The translations under genes and the position numbers were made by a program. Positions 55,619 through 64,000 of a stretch of 64,000 nucleotides of DNA are shown here, piece by piece (position 1 is the first letter of the stretch; each line of letters opens with the position of its first letter). This DNA comes from Candidatus Onthoplasma sp. (GTDB lineage: Bacteria > Bacillota > Clostridia > Christensenellales > UBA1242). The notes beneath the pieces are model-generated. The model made no database searches and had not been told where the DNA came from. It saw only the letters and a list, made by a program, of their open reading frames with translations. The DNA lies in contig JAZQYV010000010.1 of the NCBI GenBank assembly GCA_045633705.1, positions 129,669 to 193,668 of the forward strand. Reading direction: 5' to 3'.

Positions 55619-56248
55619 ATGAAAAAGTTCTTTGGAGAATTTAAAAAGTTTATTACACGTGGCAATGTGTTTGACCTTGCCGTGGGTATGATTATTGCTA
55701 CGGCATTTAATAAAATTGTATCAAGCTTAGTTAATGATATTATTATGCCACTAATTACTTATGCGTTGGGCGCTTCAAGTGTAAAAGATTTAAGTATTCC
55801 ACTTAGACATGAGTGGGTTGATGGTGTTAAAAAAGTAAGTTTAAGCTGGAATTATGGTACCTTTTTACAATATGTAATTGATTTCTTTATTATTGCGCTA
55901 TCGGTATTTATTATGGTTAAGGTGGTAACAGCATCTAGAAAACGACTTGAAGAATTTGGAGAAATGATTGAAAAACAAACCAAAAAAGAATTGAGAGTTG
56001 CTCGCAAAGAAGTTAAAAAGCTTGCAAAAGAACAAAATCGAAAATTTAAAGACGTTTGGGCTGAGCAGGAGGCTGAAAAGAAACGTTTGGCTGAGGAGAA
56101 GGCAAAGTTAGAGGCGGAGGAAAAAGCGAAAAAGGAAGCGGAAGAACGTTTAAACAATCCAACACAAGAAGATTTGCTTAAGGATATTAGAGATTTGTTG
56201 AAGCAACAAACATCAAAAACTAAAGCTGTAGACAAAAAGAAAAATTAA
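55619..56248 (+). CDS. mscL: MscL large-conductance mechanosensitive channel with a ~80-aa Lys/Glu-rich C-terminal extension
   Basis: MKKFFGEFKKFITRGNVFDLAVGMIIATAFNKIVSSLVNDIIMP. 209 aa here; I recall MscL being much shorter, around 130-140 aa. Confidence 0.9.
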   Translation: MKKFFGEFKKFITRGNVFDLAVGMIIATAFNKIVSSLVNDIIMPLITYALGASSVKDLSIPLRHEWVDGVKKVSLSWNYGTFLQYVIDFFIIALSVFIMVKVVTASRKRLEEFGEMIEKQTKKELRVARKEVKKLAKEQNRKFKDVWAEQEAEKKRLAEEKAKLEAEEKAKKEAEERLNNPTQEDLLKDIRDLLKQQTSKTKAVDKKKN

Positions 56249-56329
56249 CACAAATAGGGCATATAAAGCCCTTTTTTGTTATACAAAATAAAATGATAAA
56301 AATTTGTTTAGCATAAAAAGCAAAAATTG

Positions 56330-56358
56330 TTGCAATTTTTAAAGGTTTGATATATAAT
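56330..56358 (+). promoter_or_regulatory. promoter of aspS
   Basis: TTGCAA, 17-nt spacer, TATAAT. Confidence 0.6.
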
Positions 56359-56390
56359 AAGTTAGAAAAATCAAAAAAGGATGATATATT

Positions 56391-58136
56391 ATGTTTATTA
56401 CTAAAAATTACAGAGATGTTGATTGTGGTTCGCTTAGAATAAGTGATGTTGGCAAGATTGTTAAAATTGCTGGCTGGGTTGATACTATTCGTAAACTTGG
56501 CGGTATTACATTTATTACGCTTCGTGACCAGTATGGTATTACTCAACTTGTAGCAGATGAAAGTAAAGTTTTAAATTTGAACAAAGAAGATGTAATCATG
56601 GTTAACGGCAAGGTGCTGGAGCGCTCAAGCAAAAACCCTAATATGCCAACAGGGGATATTGAGATTGACGTGGAAAGTTTTGAAGTTTTGGGTAAGTGTA
56701 ATAAAGAACTTCCTTTTGAAATTAAAACTAGCAGCACTGTTAATGAGGATTTGCGTTTGAAGTATAGATATTTAGATTTGCGTAGCGACTATAATCAAAA
56801 GATGTTAAAACTACGTAGTGATTTAATGTTTTTTGTTCGCACATTCTTTAATAACTATGATTTTACTGAAGTTCAAACACCAATCCTTACAGCATCAAGT
56901 CCAGAGGGAGCAAGAGATTTCTTGGTTCCAAGCAGATTAAATCCTGGAAAGTTTTATGCTCTTCCTCAAGCTCCACAACAATTTAAGCAATTACTTATGA
57001 CAAGCGGGCTAGATAAATATTTCCAAATTGCACCATGTTTTAGAGACGAAGATGCACGTGCAGACCGCAGCCCTACAGAATTCTATCAAATAGATATGGA
57101 AATGGCATTTGCAACACAAGAAGATGTTTTTAAAATAATGGAAGAATTAATGAAAGGTATATTTGAAAAATTTGCAGGTGTTAAAGTAATTACTCCATTT
57201 AAACGTATTAAGTATGAAGATGCAATACGTGATTATTGTAGTGATAAACCAGATTTGCGTAACCCTTTAATGGTTGTTGATGTGACAGAAATATTTAAAG
57301 AAACTGAATTTAATGCATTCAAGGGTACAACGATTAAGGCTATTAAGGCAAATTGTGGTGAAAAGGGACGTAAGTTTTATGATGGGTTAACCGACTTCTT
57401 AAAATCTCGTGAAGCAAAAGGTCTTGCGTATATTCATGTAACACAGGAAGGAGAGTTTGAAACTGGAATTACCAAGTTTATTACCGAACAAAACAAGACG
57501 GACTTAATGAGAGCTTTGAATTTTGAGCCTAATGACACAATTTTCTTTATCGCAGATGAAACCCCTAAAGCAATTAAGTTTGCAAATGTGTTGCGCAATG
57601 AATTGGGTAAGCGTTTAGATTTGATTGATGAAAATGCTTTCGCTTTCTGTTGGGTGGTAGATTTCCCATTCTACGAACTTGACGATGAAGGTAAAATTGA
57701 ATTTAGCCATAATCCATTTAGCATGCCTCAAGCAGATATTGAAGAAATTGCGAAAAATCCATTAGCTGTTAAAGCCTACCAATACGACCTTGTGATTAAT
57801 GGTTATGAAAGCTTGTCGGGAGCAGTACGCAACCATGAACCTGAAATGATGGTAGAACTATTTAAGCTTGCGGGCTATGATAAATCCGTAGTTGAAAATA
57901 AATTCCCTGCATTATATAATGCATTTAGTTATGGTGCTCCACCTCATGCTGGTTGTGGTGTTGGGTTTGACCGTATTATGATGTTGTTAACTAAAAACGA
58001 ATTTATACGTGATGTTATTGCATTCCCTATGAATAAAAATGCGTGTGACCCATTAACAAATGCTCCAACAGTGGTAGATGAAAAAGCACTTAGAGATGTA
58101 CATATTATGATACGTCCTGAAGTTGAAAATAACTAA
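56391..58136 (+). CDS. aspS: aspartate--tRNA ligase (bacterial type)
   Basis: 581 aa. ..FRDEDARADRSPEFYQIDMEM.., GAPPHAG.G.GFDR. Confidence 0.95.
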   Translation: MFITKNYRDVDCGSLRISDVGKIVKIAGWVDTIRKLGGITFITLRDQYGITQLVADESKVLNLNKEDVIMVNGKVLERSSKNPNMPTGDIEIDVESFEVLGKCNKELPFEIKTSSTVNEDLRLKYRYLDLRSDYNQKMLKLRSDLMFFVRTFFNNYDFTEVQTPILTASSPEGARDFLVPSRLNPGKFYALPQAPQQFKQLLMTSGLDKYFQIAPCFRDEDARADRSPTEFYQIDMEMAFATQEDVFKIMEELMKGIFEKFAGVKVITPFKRIKYEDAIRDYCSDKPDLRNPLMVVDVTEIFKETEFNAFKGTTIKAIKANCGEKGRKFYDGLTDFLKSREAKGLAYIHVTQEGEFETGITKFITEQNKTDLMRALNFEPNDTIFFIADETPKAIKFANVLRNELGKRLDLIDENAFAFCWVVDFPFYELDDEGKIEFSHNPFSMPQADIEEIAKNPLAVKAYQYDLVINGYESLSGAVRNHEPEMMVELFKLAGYDKSVVENKFPALYNAFSYGAPPHAGCGVGFDRIMMLLTKNEFIRDVIAFPMNKNACDPLTNAPTVVDEKALRDVHIMIRPEVENN

Positions 58137-58393
58137 TTAATTAAATCCAAATTTAATAACTGACACAAACACTTGCTTTAAGGCAGGTGTTTTTGTTATA
58201 ATTTAGGAAGATTACACAAGCGACAATATTTATATTGGCATTTAGTGTAATCTGACGTAATTCAAAACTTGAGAAGTGCGAAATTAATGAGCAAATTGTA
58301 TAACAATTTAAAATTTTAAACTTGTTTTAAAATTTACTTCTCATAGTTTATAATTTGTATCATTTTTAAATATAAGTTAATAGTAGGGGAAAT

Positions 58394-58657
58394 ATGAAAT
58401 TTAGAAAGTTTGTTAATTTTATTGCCTTTTTAGGTATAATTGTTTTGGTTATAGGTCTTGGGCTGAGTTTAATACCTAACAAGTTTGGTGATTGGTGCAG
58501 TATAATCGTAAAAATTGCTATGTGGATTGAGGTGGCGGTTGGAATGGTTTATGCATTCTACTTTGTGCGCAGTAGGGAAGAATCGTGGTTTATGTTTTTA
58601 TATGGAGTGGCAATAATTGGTTTGCTAGTTATAGCCATAATTAAGTTTACAAGATAA
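58394..58657 (+). CDS. small membrane protein (3 TM)
   Basis: TAGGGG SD upstream. Hydrophobic throughout. Confidence 0.55.
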   Translation: MKFRKFVNFIAFLGIIVLVIGLGLSLIPNKFGDWCSIIVKIAMWIEVAVGMVYAFYFVRSREESWFMFLYGVAIIGLLVIAIIKFTR

Positions 58658-58668
58658 AGGATTGAAAT

Positions 58669-59046
58669 ATGAAAAAAATAGCAGGAAATTTAAAACTGGC
58701 ATCTATAATTATATTGCTTGTCTTAGGCGCTTGTGCAATTGTATTTGGCAATAATATCAAAATTCAATTTGGACTTGGTGGTTTGCTTTGGGGCGCGGCG
58801 ATGGCAATTGTTTCGCTTATTGCAAAGCAGAAAAGTGAACAAGAACTGATGGATTTTGATGAGGGTGCCAGATTAATACTTAAAGATGTGGCAGAAAATC
58901 AAGAAGAAAGTGAATATTTTGGATACAATATTGATATGCTTAACACGGCTAGAAAAAAGATTGAAAAAAAACAACTTAAACAAAATATTGCGTTTTGGGT
59001 AATAACTGCCGTATTATTTGTGGTCGCAATAATGTCATTTGTTTAG
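58669..59046 (+). CDS. small membrane protein
   Basis: AAGGA SD upstream. 11-nt gap after the previous gene. Two N-terminal TM helices and one C-terminal TM helix. Confidence 0.55.
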   Translation: MKKIAGNLKLASIIILLVLGACAIVFGNNIKIQFGLGGLLWGAAMAIVSLIAKQKSEQELMDFDEGARLILKDVAENQEESEYFGYNIDMLNTARKKIEKKQLKQNIAFWVITAVLFVVAIMSFV

Positions 59047-59074
59047 AAAATGATAAAAATAATTGGATTAAACC

Positions 59075-59103
59075 TTGCAATTATATAAAATATGTGTTAT
59101 AAT
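59075..59103 (+). promoter_or_regulatory. promoter of tig
   Basis: TTGCAA, 17-nt spacer, TATAAT. Confidence 0.6.
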
Positions 59104-59140
59104 AGTTTCGCTAAAAAAAATATATTAAGGAGAACTTTTA

Positions 59141-60424
59141 ATGAAGTACGATTTACTAAAAAAAGAAAACGGAATAGTAGAGGCAACTATTCAAATGGAT
59201 GCTCAAGAATGGAGCGATAGCATTGAAAAAGCTTATCAAAAAAATAAGGCTAAATTTTCAGTTCAAGGATTTAGAAAAGGTCATGCACCTCGCAACGTAA
59301 TCGAAAAAGCTTACGGTCAAGGTGTGTTTGTTCAAGATGCTTTGGACGATGTATTTTATATGGCGTATAGCCAAATTTTAAGAGAGCATGAAGATGTTCA
59401 ACCATACGAAGCTCCAAAGATGGATATTAAAAAGTTAGATGAAAATGGAATTGAAATTATTCTTGAAATACCTAGCATTCCTGAATTTACTTTGGGCGAA
59501 TATAAGGGCATGGAATTTAAAAAGACTATAAACGAAGTAACTGACGAACAAGTTAATCAAGCAATCGAACGTGAATTGTTGAGAGGTTCAAGACTTGTGG
59601 AAACAAACAAACCAGTTAAAAACGACGACACAGTAACATTAGACTTTGAAGGTTTTATTGATGGTAAGGCTTTTGATGGTGGTAAGGCTGAAAAGTATCA
59701 ATTAAAAATTGGTTCACATTCATTTATTGATACATTTGAAGACCAACTTGTTGGCTTAAATGTTGGCGACGAAAAAGATGTTAATGTAACATTCCCAACT
59801 GAATATCATCAACCAGAATTAGCTGGTAAGCCAGCAGTGTTTAAGGTTAAAATCCACAACATTCGTGAACGCATTATGCCAGAACTTAATGAAGAGTTTG
59901 TTCAAAACAGTTCAGAATTTGACACAGTTGATGCATATAAGGCAAGCATTCGTGAACGTTTGGTTAAGCAAGCTGAAGAGCAAGCTGAAATTGAACTTGA
60001 CAACCGCATTTTAGATACAATTGTGGATAACACAAATCTTATATTACCAGAAGGCATGGTTAATGCAGAAGCTGACCGTATGATTAGAGGTATGGAGCAA
60101 CAACTTGCATACTATGGTGCAACTATTGAAACATATGCCGAGCAAATTGGTAAAACTGCAGACCAATTAAAGGCAGAACAACGCATGGCAGCTGAACGTC
60201 AAGTTAAGGGCCGTTTGGTACTAGAAAAATTGATTAGAAGTGAAAAGCTTGACATTGTGGAAGCTGATGTTGACGCTAAATTAGCAGAATTAGCAGAAGC
60301 TCAAGGCGTAAAAGTTGAAGAATATAAAAAGAATGTTGGCAACGATGGTGTAAATCGTATTGCTAATGAATTGTTAATGAAAAAGTTATTAGACTTTATA
60401 AGACAAAATAACACAATTAAATAA
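59141..60424 (+). CDS. tig: trigger factor
   Basis: ..GFRKGHAPRNVIE.. ribosome-binding motif and a central FKBP-type domain. Confidence 0.93.
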   Translation: MKYDLLKKENGIVEATIQMDAQEWSDSIEKAYQKNKAKFSVQGFRKGHAPRNVIEKAYGQGVFVQDALDDVFYMAYSQILREHEDVQPYEAPKMDIKKLDENGIEIILEIPSIPEFTLGEYKGMEFKKTINEVTDEQVNQAIERELLRGSRLVETNKPVKNDDTVTLDFEGFIDGKAFDGGKAEKYQLKIGSHSFIDTFEDQLVGLNVGDEKDVNVTFPTEYHQPELAGKPAVFKVKIHNIRERIMPELNEEFVQNSSEFDTVDAYKASIRERLVKQAEEQAEIELDNRILDTIVDNTNLILPEGMVNAEADRMIRGMEQQLAYYGATIETYAEQIGKTADQLKAEQRMAAERQVKGRLVLEKLIRSEKLDIVEADVDAKLAELAEAQGVKVEEYKKNVGNDGVNRIANELLMKKLLDFIRQNNTIK

Positions 60425-60481
60425 TTTGATTGTTGAAAGAAAAATATTTTAATGGCATAAAATTAATAGGAGGGTAAAATT

Positions 60482-61063
60482 ATGATGATTCCTATGGTGG
60501 TTGACCAAGTGGGCAACAACGAACGTAGTTATGACATTTATAGCAGATTGCTTGAAGATAGAATTATATTTTTAAGTGGCGAAATTAATGACCAAGTAGC
60601 AAACTCGGTGGTCGCACAACTTATATATTTGGAAGGTAAAAATCCTGATAAAGATATATTTATGTATATCAACAGTCCTGGTGGAAGTGTTAGCGCCGGA
60701 CTTGCTATTTATGATACAATGAATTATATCAAATGCGATGTATCAACAATTTGTATCGGTATGGCTGCAAGTATGGCTGCGGTATTGCTTTCAAGTGGAG
60801 CTAAAGGCAAACGTATATGCTTGCCACACAGCGAGGTTATGATACATCAACCTTTGGGCGGAGCACAAGGCCAACAAAGCGATATTGAAATACAAGCAAA
60901 GCATATATTAAAAACTCGTGAATTGTTAAATAAGATTTTGGCAGAAAATACAGGTAAAGATGTTAAAACCTTGCAAAAGGATACTGACCGAGATAATTAT
61001 ATGGATGCTAAAACTGCTGTTAAATATGGCTTGGTTGATAAAATATTTGAAAAAAGAAATTAA
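60482..61063 (+). CDS. clpP: ATP-dependent Clp protease proteolytic subunit
   Basis: [17 protein letters not shown], catalytic GMAASMAA and MIHQP. Confidence 0.95.
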   Translation: MMIPMVVDQVGNNERSYDIYSRLLEDRIIFLSGEINDQVANSVVAQLIYLEGKNPDKDIFMYINSPGGSVSAGLAIYDTMNYIKCDVSTICIGMAASMAAVLLSSGAKGKRICLPHSEVMIHQPLGGAQGQQSDIEIQAKHILKTRELLNKILAENTGKDVKTLQKDTDRDNYMDAKTAVKYGLVDKIFEKRN

Positions 61064-61172
61064 TTTCAGATTATATAATTAACAAACTAAAGATAGAGAT
61101 TAGATAAAGATTTACAGCTAAACAACGGTTTGTAAATCTTTATTTAATATTATAAGATTAAAGGAGATAATT

Positions 61173-62432
61173 GTGAAAGAATTAAATGCTAGTTGTTCGT
61201 TTTGCGGAAGATTAATAACTAACTTAAAAGAAATTATTGCAAATCCAGATGGCCAATGCTTTATTTGTAAAGATTGTGTTGATTTATGCCATGAAATTAT
61301 GACCGAAAACAATAAAGTTAAAGGTTCTAATCAGACTGAAATATTGGATTTGCCAAAGCCTCAAGAAATTAAAGCAAGATTAGATGAGTTTATTGTTGGT
61401 CAAGATGAGGCTAAAAAGATTTTGGCAATATCAGTATACAATCACTACAAACGAATTAATTATAATATGCATGCTAAAAGCAAGGCCGGTGTTGATGAAG
61501 TGGAGCTTGAAAAAAGCAACGTATTGTTGGTTGGTCCAACAGGCAGTGGAAAAACATTGCTTGCAAAAACTTTGGCAAAAATGTTAAAGGTTCCATTTGC
61601 ATCAAGCGATGCAACTGCACTTACTGAAGCAGGATATGTTGGTGATGATGTTGAAAATATATTGTTAAAGTTAATTCAAAATGCTGATTATGATATTGAA
61701 AAAGCTCAGCGCGGAATTATATATATTGACGAAATTGATAAGATTGCGCGTAAAAGCCAAAATGTATCTATAACTCGTGATGTTTCAGGTGAAGGTGTGC
61801 AACAAGCGTTATTAAAAATACTTGAAGGCACAATTGCAAGTGTTCCACCTCAAGGTGGACGCAAGCACCCTCAACAAGAAAATATTAAAATTGATACCAC
61901 AAACATATTGTTTATTTGCGGTGGAGCGTTTGTTGGTTTGGATAAAATTATTAGCGAACGCAACGGAAACGCTGGGCTTGGCTTTGGTGCAGATGTTATG
62001 ACACGTAGCGTAAAAAACACACAAAACGAAGTTAAGGGTATTCAGCCACACGACTTAATCAAGTATGGTATGATTCCTGAATTTGTTGGCCGTATACCTG
62101 TTGTGGTTGGGCTTGAGGCTTTAGATGAAAAATCACTTGAAAAGATTTTGACCAAACCCAAAAATGCAATAACAAAGCAATATATTCAGCTATTTAAAAT
62201 GGACGGAATTGAGCTTGAGTTTGAACCAAAAGCAATTAAGGCGGTTGCCCGCAAAGCAATTGAACTTAAAACAGGCGCAAGAGGTTTAAGAACAATACTG
62301 GAAGAACGTATGCTTGATGTGATGTACACCAGCCATTTTGATGATAATATCGAAAAGATTATTATTGATGAAAATTATATTTTAGGTTCGGATAAGCCTA
62401 TTATAATTAAGGCTAACAAACAAGTTTCATAA
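61173..62432 (+). CDS. clpX: ATP-dependent Clp protease ATP-binding subunit ClpX (GTG start)
   Basis: Zn finger CSFCGR..CFICKDC, Walker [25 protein letters not shown] upstream of the GTG. Confidence 0.95.
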   Translation: MKELNASCSFCGRLITNLKEIIANPDGQCFICKDCVDLCHEIMTENNKVKGSNQTEILDLPKPQEIKARLDEFIVGQDEAKKILAISVYNHYKRINYNMHAKSKAGVDEVELEKSNVLLVGPTGSGKTLLAKTLAKMLKVPFASSDATALTEAGYVGDDVENILLKLIQNADYDIEKAQRGIIYIDEIDKIARKSQNVSITRDVSGEGVQQALLKILEGTIASVPPQGGRKHPQQENIKIDTTNILFICGGAFVGLDKIISERNGNAGLGFGADVMTRSVKNTQNEVKGIQPHDLIKYGMIPEFVGRIPVVVGLEALDEKSLEKILTKPKNAITKQYIQLFKMDGIELEFEPKAIKAVARKAIELKTGARGLRTILEERMLDVMYTSHFDDNIEKIIIDENYILGSDKPIIIKANKQVS

Positions 62433-62513
62433 TCAATATTTAATAAAAGTTTGTCGTAAGGCAGACTTTTATTTTTTAATCAACTTTAAAGTTGGGTACG
62501 CATATATTAGACT

Positions 62514-63005
62514 ATGAGTTTTAGTGAAGAAATAAAGATTTTGCGCAAAAGATATTTTGATGCGGTAAAGAAGTATTATAACGATAATCGAATTGTTGTG
62601 AAAATGATATTGCAACGAAGAAAATATAATGATTTGTATGAGTCCGATTTGGCGTTTAGAACGTGTTTGGTGTCGGGGTTTGGCGACAAGAATATAAACC
62701 GATTGTTTGATGTGGATATAGCCGATGCGGTGGAAAGATTAAGGGCGAGAGCAAGAGGTTGTGCATACACAGCATCTACAATGCAAGGTTTGTTGGAAAA
62801 TCAAATTAGTTTAAACCAGCAATCCGCTTGTGATGAAATAAGAGCAATTAGACAAGAACTGTTAAATATGGCTAGTGTAGACGTGGAATTATCCGATAAA
62901 TTGGCAAAAGGTATTAATCTTAAAACTTTTGACAAGCATGAATTTGATGAGGTGTATAAAGAGCCGCGTTCAAAATATCTGGGCGAAGATTGGTTTTGTA
63001 AATAA
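62514..63005 (+). CDS. hypothetical protein (163 aa)
   Basis: Long ORF with no SD. A TATATT box lies 5 nt upstream of the ATG. No family recognised. Confidence 0.5.
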   Translation: MSFSEEIKILRKRYFDAVKKYYNDNRIVVKMILQRRKYNDLYESDLAFRTCLVSGFGDKNINRLFDVDIADAVERLRARARGCAYTASTMQGLLENQISLNQQSACDEIRAIRQELLNMASVDVELSDKLAKGINLKTFDKHEFDEVYKEPRSKYLGEDWFCK

Positions 63006-63039
63006 AAATAGGTTTTGACCTATTTTTTGTTTTATTAGT

Positions 63040-63069
63040 TTGACTAATTTGTTGAGTTGGTGTTATCAT
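63040..63069 (+). promoter_or_regulatory. promoter of the Smr-domain gene (leaderless geometry)
   Basis: TTGACT, 18-nt spacer, TGtTATCAT extended -10, 6 nt, then the ATG at 63076. Confidence 0.5.
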
Positions 63070-63075
63070 AATGGT

Positions 63076-63417
63076 ATGAGAATATTATATATAGACGTAA
63101 AAAGTGACATGCAAACCTGCCTTATGGCAGTTGCACAACTGGAGATTGAAATTGAAGCATGTAAGTTAGGTGGATTTAACGCGCTGAAGGTTATTCATGG
63201 ATATGGCAGTCATGGGGTTGGGGGCGAAATAAAAAAGGAAATACATAAGCGTTTAAAACAAATGAAAGCGCAAAAACTTATATTTGATTATTTACCTTGC
63301 GAAAAGTGGACGCCAAATAATCCTATACGCAAATTAGCTGTTGAAAGATGTGATGAGTTATTGGCAGATAGCGACTTAAGAATTCTTAATAGCGGAGTAA
63401 CGATTGTATTAATTTAA
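63076..63417 (+). CDS. Smr (small MutS-related) domain protein
   Basis: ..ALKVIHGYGSHGVGGEIKKEIHKRL.. The start at 63076 is preferred because the track start at 63040 falls on the -35 box. Confidence 0.72.
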   Translation: MRILYIDVKSDMQTCLMAVAQLEIEIEACKLGGFNALKVIHGYGSHGVGGEIKKEIHKRLKQMKAQKLIFDYLPCEKWTPNNPIRKLAVERCDELLADSDLRILNSGVTIVLI

Positions 63418-63505
63418 ATTTAATAAAATCTTAAAATTTAAAAAATTTTAAAATTTGATTGGTTTTTAAGATTGAAATAGTTATAATATTAATAAGGGGA
63501 CGAAT

Positions 63506-64000
63506 ATGAAAAGAGAAAGAATTAGAACACGCAAAAGCGCTGGTATGGGCAAATTTATATTGGGCTGGTTTGTTGGATTTGTTTCTACTATACTTATGCT
63601 TGTTGGTGTGGGATATTGGGCATATACTTCAATATCTGTAGGAAGAATCGAAAAATGGACAAAATCAAATATTGCTGGAGATAATGAAGGGTTAAGGAAA
63701 TTAACTCTTGAAGACGCTGTTGGTATTGCTACTGGGATTGCAAAAGGTTCGGACGATTATACGTTGGCGAAATTTGAAGAAGATTTTGGTGTAAAGTTAT
63801 TTGGTGATGAGTTATATGGCATCAATCTTGACAAACTAAAGAATTCCCCAATCAAGAATATGAAAACAGCATTTGAGGATACTCTTAATGCGGCAACATT
63901 TAACAATATATTAAGTTTGATGGAAGTTGAGTCTGAAGAGTTGGGTTTGTTAAATACAGTGTTAAGTGGTGAAACTACATATTATATAAACAATGGTAAA
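63506..64000 (+). CDS. membrane-anchored protein, N-terminal part (runs off the window)
   Basis: AAGGGGA SD upstream. ATG at 63506, followed by 165 codons with no stop up to the window edge. One N-terminal TM helix (FILGWFVGFVSTILMLVGVGYWAY). Confidence 0.6.
   Translation, partial: MKRERIRTRKSAGMGKFILGWFVGFVSTILMLVGVGYWAYTSISVGRIEKWTKSNIAGDNEGLRKLTLEDAVGIATGIAKGSDDYTLAKFEEDFGVKLFGDELYGINLDKLKNSPIKNMKTAFEDTLNAATFNNILSLMEVESEELGLLNTVLSGETTYYINNGK

Noticed and set aside
56249-56390. Possible T-box leader upstream of aspS.
   Set aside because: The TTGCAA, 17-nt spacer, TATAAT promoter lies ~33 nt before the ATG, so the leader is too short. No T-box sequence is present.
1-64000. An alternative genetic code (UGA as Trp, as in Mycoplasmatota), given the low GC content and Mollicutes-like feel of some genes.
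   Set aside because: All conserved genes (rpoC, xfp, nrdD, aspS, clpX and others) are full length under the standard code, with no in-frame TGA interruptions.

Overview
This is a low-GC (about one third G+C by eye), standard-code chromosomal segment. It looks like an anaerobic Gram-positive-type (Bacillota-like) bacterium, based on an LtaS-family enzyme, DUF1540, NrdDG, rubrerythrin, phosphoketolase and a peptidoglycan amidase. I cannot assign it further without a database search. I count about 62 protein genes (roughly 80% on the + strand) and 3 tRNAs. There is no rRNA, no CRISPR array, and no recognisable transposase, integrase or phage structural gene.

Core genes: rpoB (3' end)-rpoC, xfp, tex, nrdD-nrdG, rplI, glyQS, truA, rplM-rpsI, gap, rarA, rubrerythrin, mscS, mscL, aspS and tig-clpP-clpX.

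Accessory or unusual content, most interesting first:
1. A 1369-aa orphan protein with a mid-chain hydrophobic hairpin, in a segment bounded by tRNA genes (28.2-32.3 kb).
2. A divergent Rho-like protein whose Walker A P-loop is destroyed (35.3-36.6 kb).
3. Six genes with no Shine-Dalgarno sequence and a -10 hexamer exactly 6 nt upstream of the ATG, which suggests leaderless mRNAs.
4. A LOG-family enzyme fused to a histone-H1-like Ala/Lys/Pro tail built from 267-bp tandem repeats. Similar Lys-rich tails occur on GAPDH, S9, MscL and MscS.
5. A compact divergent HTH/HTH switch with three CCACA-N2-TGTGG operators spaced exactly 29 bp apart.
6. An acyltransferase-GT8-GT8-acyltransferase-GT2 surface-glycoconjugate cluster.
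7. Several orphan gene pairs and a probable frameshifted gene.

All family calls come from motif recognition by eye, with no searches run.
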